This document shows positions 57,255 through 64,000 of a stretch of 64,000 nucleotides of DNA, one piece after another. A program made the position numbers and the translations under genes. The stretch's first letter is position 1, and every line of letters starts with the position of its first letter. The stretch is taken from NCBI GenBank assembly GCA_963717525.1, contig OY970343.1, positions 1,888,001 to 1,952,000 of the forward strand, in the 5' to 3' direction. The notes under the pieces are model-generated. The model did no database searches. It was not told where the DNA came from and worked only from the letters and a program-made list of their open reading frames with translations. This DNA comes from an uncultured Methanoregulaceae archaeon (lineage in GTDB: Archaea > Halobacteriota > Methanomicrobia > Methanomicrobiales > Methanospirillaceae).

Positions 57255-57371
57255 TTTCTCATTTTTCCGGCAACGGTACTGCCAGTGGTGAACGCCCACG
57301 GAAACCTCTGAAAGGGTTCTTCGGGTCCGGTGGTGCAGCAGAACACCACGTCACAAATAACGAGGTTCAGC

Positions 57372-57500
57372 ATGGTGAATGTATCAGCAGAAGGGCAGGT
57401 CTTCAAATGCGAGATCTGCGGCAATGTTGTGATCGTAAAAGAAGCCGGCGGCGGAGAACTGGTCTGCTGCGGCGAACCGATGATTCTGGTGAGTGAATGA
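57372..57500 (+). CDS. Desulforedoxin (42 aa; not in the ORF track)
   Basis: [42 protein letters not shown]: Dx C-x2-C-x15-CC motif, GAGG SD, stop overlaps the next ATG. Confidence 0.93.
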   Translation: MVNVSAEGQVFKCEICGNVVIVKEAGGGELVCCGEPMILVSE

Positions 57501-57880
57501 TTATGGTTGTCAAAAAGCCTGTTACAAAGAGCAAAACCGTAAAAGAACTTAAAGGACTGGAAAAGAAGATCGGCAAAGTACCCAAGTTCTTCAAAGAACT
57601 GACCGTGAACGATCCCGCGATGTATAACCTTGTCATCAAGATGGAAGACCACATCTGGGATGATGGCAAGCTCACAAGGAAGACAAAGAAGCTGATCGCC
57701 ATCGCGATTGCAGCGGCACTCCGCGACCAGCATGCGGTTCGTGCCCAGCTGATGGGAGCAGCAAGCCTGGGAGTCACCAAGGCCGAAGTCGAAGAGGCGC
57801 TCCGGGTCACCTTCCTGCTCTCGGGCATGCCGGCCTATGTTTATGGCAAGGCCCAGCTTGACGAAGTCATGAAAAAGTAA
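57497..57880 (+). CDS. Carboxymuconolactone decarboxylase (CMD/AhpD-like) family protein
   Basis: [33 protein letters not shown]. No CxxC. Confidence 0.85.
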   Translation: MIMVVKKPVTKSKTVKELKGLEKKIGKVPKFFKELTVNDPAMYNLVIKMEDHIWDDGKLTRKTKKLIAIAIAAALRDQHAVRAQLMGAASLGVTKAEVEEALRVTFLLSGMPAYVYGKAQLDEVMKK

Positions 57881-58029
57881 CCCCGTAAGAGCGGTATAAT
57901 CAATTTTTTGTTTTCCAGATATTTTAGTGCATACTCAATTGTCCGGCCGGGTTGCTGGCGCACACAGCGGCTGCCCAAGGCCGGTAGCGTATCCAATGAT
58001 TTTTCACCCACCGTATCCAAGCATCATCT

Positions 58030-58656
58030 ATGCCCATAAAGGTCCTCGCGTTTGCCGGCAGCCCGCGCAGGTTTGGCAATTCGGAGACACTGCTCGACTG
58101 GACGCTTGCATCCATGGCAGAAGAGCCGGACGTCTCTATAGAGAAGGTTCCGCTCACCGAGGCAAACATTAACCCTTGCCAAGGGTGCAACGCGTGCGAA
58201 AAACTCAACAAGTGCATCCAGAATGATGGTATGGATACGTATCACGACAAGATAGTTGAAGCGGACTGTATTGTCCTCTCCTCCCCTATCTACTGTATGG
58301 GACTCTGTTCGCAGGTGAAAGCCCTTGTCGATCGTGCACAGGTTTTCCGGTCCCGTAAATATGTCCTCAAACTGCCGATTGTACCGCCCGAACGCAAAGG
58401 TAAACGCCTGGGAGTCTTCCTTGCGACCGCGGGGCAGAACTGGCCGCATGTTTTTGATGCGGCAGTGCCCTCGGTCAAGTGCTTTTATCACGTGATCGAT
58501 ATCAATGACGCAGATATCAGGTACCTGATGGTGAACGGTGTTGATGAGATGGGGGCGATCGAGCACCACCCTACCGCCCGCGACGATGCAAAAAAACTGG
58601 GAAAATCCGTCATTGCCGAACTCAAAAAACGACTGGCGGAAGGAAAACCTGCATGA
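58030..58656 (+). CDS. Iron-sulfur flavoprotein (Isf)
   Basis: GSPRRFGNS, CQGCNAC-x5-C, SSPIY, KALVDR. Confidence 0.92.
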   Translation: MPIKVLAFAGSPRRFGNSETLLDWTLASMAEEPDVSIEKVPLTEANINPCQGCNACEKLNKCIQNDGMDTYHDKIVEADCIVLSSPIYCMGLCSQVKALVDRAQVFRSRKYVLKLPIVPPERKGKRLGVFLATAGQNWPHVFDAAVPSVKCFYHVIDINDADIRYLMVNGVDEMGAIEHHPTARDDAKKLGKSVIAELKKRLAEGKPA

Positions 58657-59261
58657 CTCTAAAGGTCCTCGGTATTTCAGGAAGCCCGCACCGGCACGGG
58701 AACACCGAGACTCTGCTCGACAGTTTCCTTGAAGGGGCACGGGCTGCGGGAGCATCGGTGGAAAAGGTGGTGCTCAAGGAGATTAATTACTCCCCCTGCC
58801 AAGGATGCAACGCCTGCCACAAGACCGGCGATTGCATCGTCAAAGACGACGCCCCGGGCCTGTACGACAAGATCCTCTCTGCCGACATTGTTGCCGTCGC
58901 CTCCCCTATCTACAGCATGGGGATCACCGCACAGCTTAAAGGGTTCATTGACCGGGCGCAGTACCTCTGGGCACGCAAGTTTATCCTCAAGACGCTGGAC
59001 TTCTCAGAAGACCATATAAAAAGGCATAAGGGAGTTTTTATCTCGACGGCAGGCCAGAGCCTCGATCATGTGTTCGATAGTGCCTTCCCCGCGATCACCG
59101 CCCTCTTTCATGGTACGGGGTTTGACTATTCCGACAATATCGTCGCTAACGACATGGACCGCTACAACGGGATCAAAAATCACCCGACTGCGTTAAAAGA
59201 AGCATACCAAAAGGGGCAGCAGATCGTCCGCGATCTGGAAATAATCCCCGGGAACAACTGA
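58653..59261 (+). CDS. Iron-sulfur flavoprotein (Isf)
   Basis: GSPHRHGNT, CQGCNAC-x5-C, ASPIY, LKGFIDR. ATGA overlap with the upstream paralogue. Confidence 0.92.
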   Translation: MTLKVLGISGSPHRHGNTETLLDSFLEGARAAGASVEKVVLKEINYSPCQGCNACHKTGDCIVKDDAPGLYDKILSADIVAVASPIYSMGITAQLKGFIDRAQYLWARKFILKTLDFSEDHIKRHKGVFISTAGQSLDHVFDSAFPAITALFHGTGFDYSDNIVANDMDRYNGIKNHPTALKEAYQKGQQIVRDLEIIPGNN

Positions 59262-59296
59262 AATCCCAGGCTTTTTTCGCGCAGATAAAAAGAAAA

Positions 59297-59950
59297 TCAG
59301 AGGATATAGAAGGAGCTCACCAGCACCGCAAAGGATGCGCCAAGCAGCAGGACAAAGACTGGCAGGTTCCAGGACAGGACCTTGTTCCCGTCCAAGATGC
59401 TGATCGGGAGCATGTTGAAGGCGGCGATCATCGCATTGATCTGGATCCCGAAGATTCCGATCTGATAAAGGAGGGTGTTTGGCACAAGGGAGAGAGGGCC
59501 GCTGATGAAAAAGAGGGCGGCAAACGGGATAAAGAGCAGGAGGTTGGTTAGCGGCCCGGCGGCCGATATCTTCCCGTTCTCCTCCCGGGTGAGCACCCTG
59601 CCGTCCGGCCTGACGTTATAGATCACGGTCGCACCTGGTGCGGCAAAGACAAAGCCCACCAGTGCCGCAAGGGCGACGGCTACAAGGAGCATGAAGTTGT
59701 TCTTCCTGAATTCCGCCCAGAACCCGAATTTTATTGCGGCAAACTTGTGAGCCAGTTCGTGCAGGACAAGGCCAATCCCCGCAGTGAGGAGGGCGATGAC
59801 AAGGTAGGTGAGGGCCACCATCGGTTCAACTGCCGTAATGGGGCCAAGGACGCCATAGGGAGCCATCTTGATGATGGCAAACGAGAGCGATATGGCCAGC
59901 CATGCGGCAAAGAGATCGTATTCCTCGCGCCGGGTAATGTTTCCAAGCAT
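59297..59950 (-). CDS. Site-2 (M50) intramembrane metalloprotease
   Basis: HELAH, ISAAGP, FNMLP..LDG. Confidence 0.93.
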   Translation of the reverse strand: MLGNITRREEYDLFAAWLAISLSFAIIKMAPYGVLGPITAVEPMVALTYLVIALLTAGIGLVLHELAHKFAAIKFGFWAEFRKNNFMLLVAVALAALVGFVFAAPGATVIYNVRPDGRVLTREENGKISAAGPLTNLLLFIPFAALFFISGPLSLVPNTLLYQIGIFGIQINAMIAAFNMLPISILDGNKVLSWNLPVFVLLLGASFAVLVSSFYIL

Positions 59951-60057
59951 GAAATCACTGGATCAGATAGGGTTTTTATCTGATATGTGTCTTCGCGTAC
60001 AGACAAACGAAACCGGTGTCATCACGTTTATCCCTTTTTCCTGCGATGTACTTTCCT

Positions 60058-60357
60058 ATGACTATTGAAGAGGTCCGTGCGGAGATCACCCTGATCGATG
60101 AGGAGATCATCCGCCTCATCGCACAGCGGCAGAGCTTTGCCGGAAAAATTGCTGCAATCAAGCAGGAGCGGGGGATACCGGTCCACGACAACCAGCGCAA
60201 GACCGATGTGCTGGAATACGTGATGAAACTGGCAAAAGGAAACCACATCGACCCGGTCCCGGTCAAGGTGATCTTTGAGACCCTGATCGCCATGAACGAG
60301 AAAGCGCAGCGGGCGGCAATGGAAAAACCCATTCCGAAAAGAACGACCCGCAAATAA
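60058..60357 (+). CDS. Chorismate mutase (AroQ type)
   Basis: R.EI..ID..I..LIAQR, K, D..R, IFE.LI. Confidence 0.88.
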   Translation: MTIEEVRAEITLIDEEIIRLIAQRQSFAGKIAAIKQERGIPVHDNQRKTDVLEYVMKLAKGNHIDPVPVKVIFETLIAMNEKAQRAAMEKPIPKRTTRK

Positions 60358-60437
60358 ATTTTTATTACCTGTTTTGTATATCAGATACCTTCCCGGAGTT
60401 TTTCATCTGAAAACAGGGAAGCCTGCACCGGAGGAAA

Positions 60438-61526
60438 TTACATGATCAGGGGCCCGACAATGATGAAGACTCCGACGAGGATCATGGCAACACCGATGGC
60501 AAACCGGAGTTTCCGGCGGTTTTCCAGCCTCCATGCGTTGACCCGCTCCGGGGGGATGCCTATCACGACCGCGAGAAGGATCAAAATGAGGGGCAGGATG
60601 AAGATAAAGTTATAGAGGAGCAGGTAGGGGATTCCCTCAGAGAGCGTGAGTGTACTGCTCATCAGGCTGAGGATAGTCAAGTAGATCCCCCCGGTGCAGG
60701 GCAGTTCGAAGATGCCGACAAGGACTCCCAGCACAAACGCGGCGGGCAGCGTTGCTGTCATGATATACCGCTCGATCACCGGTTTTTTCGATTCGGGGAT
60801 GGCAAGGATGAACCCCTCCTTTTTTATTGCAGCCTCGATGATGTTTACCACCCCGAGGACGATGGCGATGATTGCCGCCGCCAGTGCAATCAGGCTCGAG
60901 ACACCGGACACATGCACGAACGAGAGGACGCCGATCCCGGAGATGAAATAAAAGAGGAAGACTGCAGCGATGTAGGTAATGCCGACCATCAGCACCTGCC
61001 GGCGGCTCTGGAGCGCTATGATGGAGAGCAGGAGGATGATCAGGACCGTGAATGCACAGGGGTTGATGCTGTCGACCCCGGCACAGAAGATCACGAGGGG
61101 AATTGTCAGGGTTGTGAACGTTCCGGGACAGTTTTTGGCTGCCGTTATATTCACGGTCCCGTTTGCTTCGCCTGCAGGGAGGGCCTGTTCTTCGATAATC
61201 ACCTGCACCAGCTGATCCCGGATCTGGTCTTCACCGACCAGCGCATGGTTCCCGATGATGATCGTGGGAACTCCTGCCGTGGCGATGCCGAGATTCTGGT
61301 CCATGGCAAGGAACAGGGCCTGGTTGGTGACGTTGTGGTAGACTTCGAGCTGTTCAAGGTCGAAATTCGGGTACCGGGACTGTATTTCCGTAATGAATGG
61401 CTTGATATCATCACAATGGTTGCACCCATCGCCATAGAAAAAATACCCGGCTACGGTATGATTTGCACCGGCTGAAAAAGAGGGGGAGGCTGAAGAGTTG
61501 CCCGCAGGTGCCGGTTCAGGGTTTAC
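60438..61526 (-). CDS. Thioredoxin-like domain + CcdA/DsbD-like TM domain (frame open to 61535; no start codon upstream of the CNHC motif)
   Basis: YFFYGDGCNHC...VP..IIG...VG, then DSINPCAF and ELPCTGGIY redox Cys motifs in TM helices. Confidence 0.85.
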   Translation of the reverse strand, partial: VNPEPAPAGNSSASPSFSAGANHTVAGYFFYGDGCNHCDDIKPFITEIQSRYPNFDLEQLEVYHNVTNQALFLAMDQNLGIATAGVPTIIIGNHALVGEDQIRDQLVQVIIEEQALPAGEANGTVNITAAKNCPGTFTTLTIPLVIFCAGVDSINPCAFTVLIILLLSIIALQSRRQVLMVGITYIAAVFLFYFISGIGVLSFVHVSGVSSLIALAAAIIAIVLGVVNIIEAAIKKEGFILAIPESKKPVIERYIMTATLPAAFVLGVLVGIFELPCTGGIYLTILSLMSSTLTLSEGIPYLLLYNFIFILPLILILLAVVIGIPPERVNAWRLENRRKLRFAIGVAMILVGVFIIVGPLIM

Positions 61527-61927
61527 TTTTTTTTTTCAATGGCCTGAAGATACCCCTCAAGCTTTGCGGGGATGTCCACTTCGCCCACGATCACGGTTTT
61601 GCCGATGACCACTTCCGGGACGCCCGGCGGGGTTGAAATACCGGCCTCGGCATTTATCTGCGCATAGATCTGCTGGTTGGTCTGGTTATACCAGACTTCG
61701 AGCATCCTGATATCAATATCGGGATAGTTCCTAGTGATATTTTCCATGAACGGCTCGATCTTGGCGCAGTGCGGGCACCCCTGGCCGTAGAAATAATAGA
61801 CAATGCTGTCGTTTACAGCCGATGAAGGGGCAGCGGTGGCTGGCGGGGCAGAGAAAACAACATAGGCCAGGCTGGCAGCGGCGATGACCACAAACAGTGC
61901 AACAACAAATTTTATGACCTTATCCAT
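61523..61927 (-). CDS. Membrane-anchored thioredoxin-like protein (probably the N-terminal part of the 60438 fusion)
   Basis: Signal anchor, YYFYGQGCPHC, GVPEVVIG. Ends EKKK on an A10 run. Confidence 0.85.
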   Translation of the reverse strand: MDKVIKFVVALFVVIAAASLAYVVFSAPPATAAPSSAVNDSIVYYFYGQGCPHCAKIEPFMENITRNYPDIDIRMLEVWYNQTNQQIYAQINAEAGISTPPGVPEVVIGKTVIVGEVDIPAKLEGYLQAIEKKK

Positions 61928-62001
61928 CCGGTGACACCTGCCCGCCTTTTTCCGGGGCGCTGGTTTTCTTATGTGAATGTTGCCGCGTCGTGCAAAAAAA
62001 C

Positions 62002-62877
62002 CTACTGGATGGAGATCATCGTCCCTACGCCTTCATGGGTGAAGAGTTCGAGGATCAGGTTATGCTCCACGTTACCGTTGATGATGTGGGAATAACGAAC
62101 ACCGTTCTCCACTGCCTTGATAACCGAAGTCACTTTCGGGATCATTCCCTCCCCGATGGCCCCCGATGAAAGGAGGGCATGGGCTTCATCGACGGAGAGC
62201 TTGCGGAAGACATGGGTTCGTTTCGCGTCCATCACACCGTCGACATCGGTCATGTTGATCAGCTTGTATGCCTTGAGCGCGACGGCGATGTCTCCTGCGG
62301 CGGTATCTGCGTTGATGTTGAGGCTCCCGCCAAGCCGGTCTATCGCAATGGGGGAGATAACCGGGATATAGTCCCTTTCAAGAAGGGTATTAAGAAGCGC
62401 GGGATCGATCCATTCAATCTCGCCGACATGCCCGAGATCCACCTCCTGTTCCACACCTTTCACATTGACCTTCTGGAGCTCCATCTTCTTTGCGATGATG
62501 ATATTCCCGTCGCTTCCCGAGAGCCCGACACCTTTTGCACCGCACTTTGCGATCAGGGATATGATCCCCTTGTTGATCTTGCCCACGAGCACCATCTGGG
62601 CGATCTCCAGCGTCTCCTGATCGGTGACGCGCAACCCCCCGACAAAGACCGATTCTTTCCCGAGCGCCTTCATCTTCTCGGTTATCTCCGGTCCTCCGCC
62701 ATGGACAAGCACGACGCGAATCCCGACGTAGTGAAGCAGCACAGCGTCCTTTATGGCGTTTTCGAGAACGATCGGGTCGACCATCGCGTGCCCCCCAAGC
62801 TTGATCACGATCGTTTTGCCGTGGAACTGCTGGATATAGGGAAGGGCTTCCATCAGGACATCCTCGCGCTTCATCAT
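62002..62877 (-). CDS. argB: Acetylglutamate kinase
   Basis: EALPYI, VIKLGG, VHGGGP, GLRVTD, NINAD, MTDVDG, GMIPK. Confidence 0.97.
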   Translation of the reverse strand: MMKREDVLMEALPYIQQFHGKTIVIKLGGHAMVDPIVLENAIKDAVLLHYVGIRVVLVHGGGPEITEKMKALGKESVFVGGLRVTDQETLEIAQMVLVGKINKGIISLIAKCGAKGVGLSGSDGNIIIAKKMELQKVNVKGVEQEVDLGHVGEIEWIDPALLNTLLERDYIPVISPIAIDRLGGSLNINADTAAGDIAVALKAYKLINMTDVDGVMDAKRTHVFRKLSVDEAHALLSSGAIGEGMIPKVTSVIKAVENGVRYSHIINGNVEHNLILELFTHEGVGTMISIQ

Positions 62878-64000
62878 GTAGTGTACCTCCCGTTGATCTC
62901 GACATACTTTTCGGTCAGGTCACAGCCCCAGGCGGTGGCTTCTTCCTTTCCGGCCCCGAGATCGAGCACAAAGATGACCTTGTCCCCGTGCATCGCGGCC
63001 TTGGCCTTTGTCAGATCAGCAATGATCTCGCCGGACTTCACCAGCGGGTACTTGCTGTTCCCGTCACTGATCCAGAGTGAGACAGCGTTCGGGTCAAATT
63101 TTACACCGGCGCGGCCTGCTGCCGCGATGATACGGCCCCAGTTGGGGTCCTCACCATATACTGCGGTCTTGACAAGTGGGGATTCGATAATGACCCGGGC
63201 GACCTTTGCTGCAGCCGCCTCCTTAAGAGCGCCGCGGACCGTGACTTCGAGAAGCTTGCTTGCACCTTCGCCATCGGCTGCGATCTGCTGTGCAAGTGAG
63301 CGACAGCACGCCTCGAGCGCACCGGAGAATTCCCCGGCGTTTACTTTCCCGGCTTCTCCGGTGGCGATACAGAGCGCTATGTCGTTTGTGCTCGTGTCGC
63401 CGTCAACTACGACCCGGTTGAACGTCCGGGTTGTTGCCCGTTTGAGCGCTTCCTTAAGGGGCTTTGCCCCAATCTCTCCATCGGTATAGATGAATGCGAG
63501 CATGGTGCCCATGTTGGGTGCAATCATACCGCTTCCCTTGGCGATCGCTCCTATCGTGAAACCTTCCTTTTGAACAAGCGCGTGCTTGGGCCGGATATCG
63601 GTTGTCATGATCGCACGGACAGTACGATCCTCTGCATCCGGCGCTGAAGTCAGGTTGAGTGCTACATCTGCGCACTGGCGCCGGATCAGGGATAGATCAA
63701 GATACCTGCCGATGACACCGGTACTTGCCACGCCGACCGCAATGCTGTCCACGCCCAGCGCGGAGCCGGCATACTCCGTCATGGTGACCGCATCTTCGTA
63801 CCCTCGTGTGCCGGTGTAGGCATTCGCGCAGCCGCTGTTCGCGATGACCGCGTCCAGTTTTCCTTTTTTTATCTGCTTGCGCATCAGTTCTATCGGTGCG
63901 GCCCGGGCGAGGTTCGCCGTGAACACCCCTGCCGCAGTCCCGCTTGCCCGGATAAGGGCAAGACCGAACTTTCCTTCCTTAACCCCGTTTGCGGTGACTC
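62874..64000 (-). CDS. argJ: Ornithine acetyltransferase ArgJ (5' end outside the window)
   Basis: [57 protein letters not shown]. Frame is open to the window edge. Confidence 0.97.
   Translation of the reverse strand, partial: VTANGVKEGKFGLALIRASGTAAGVFTANLARAAPIELMRKQIKKGKLDAVIANSGCANAYTGTRGYEDAVTMTEYAGSALGVDSIAVGVASTGVIGRYLDLSLIRRQCADVALNLTSAPDAEDRTVRAIMTTDIRPKHALVQKEGFTIGAIAKGSGMIAPNMGTMLAFIYTDGEIGAKPLKEALKRATTRTFNRVVVDGDTSTNDIALCIATGEAGKVNAGEFSGALEACCRSLAQQIAADGEGASKLLEVTVRGALKEAAAAKVARVIIESPLVKTAVYGEDPNWGRIIAAAGRAGVKFDPNAVSLWISDGNSKYPLVKSGEIIADLTKAKAAMHGDKVIFVLDLGAGKEEATAWGCDLTEKYVEINGRYTT

Overview
Core-chromosome segment of a hydrogenotrophic methanogen, most like Methanoregula/Methanomicrobiales (inferred from cofD, F390 synthetase, TfrAB, PolD, Sm-L37e, the archaeal mevalonate-pathway genes and bacterial-type ruvCAB). 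Main contents: PolD large subunit with a Gln-ending mini-intein; tRNA-Leu(CAA) and initiator tRNA-Met; a Thermus-like A/V-type ATPase whose operon is split into two convergent halves and flanked by DUF1646 and a divergent pair of uncharacterised paralogues; ubiX-ubiD-acnX; ppk2, aspS, a core methionine synthase, purF, purM, lysC, argB and argJ; an oxidative-stress cluster (Grx-TrxR fusion, rubrerythrin, three Isf flavoproteins, a desulforedoxin missing from the ORF track, CMD protein); and a thioredoxin-thioredoxin-CcdA locus joined across an A-AAA-AAG slippery site. At least 15 conserved genes, including essential ones, carry single-base frameshifts, so the assembly probably has uncorrected indel errors and every frameshift-based claim is provisional. 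No CRISPR array, integrase or transposase was seen. The best leads are a dispersed GC-rich structured intergenic repeat (4 copies), the possible -1 frameshift fusion, the rearranged ATPase with its paralogue pair, an N-terminally truncated aIF-1A copy with its own promoter-like signals, and a CarH-motif B12 sensor with no DNA-binding domain.
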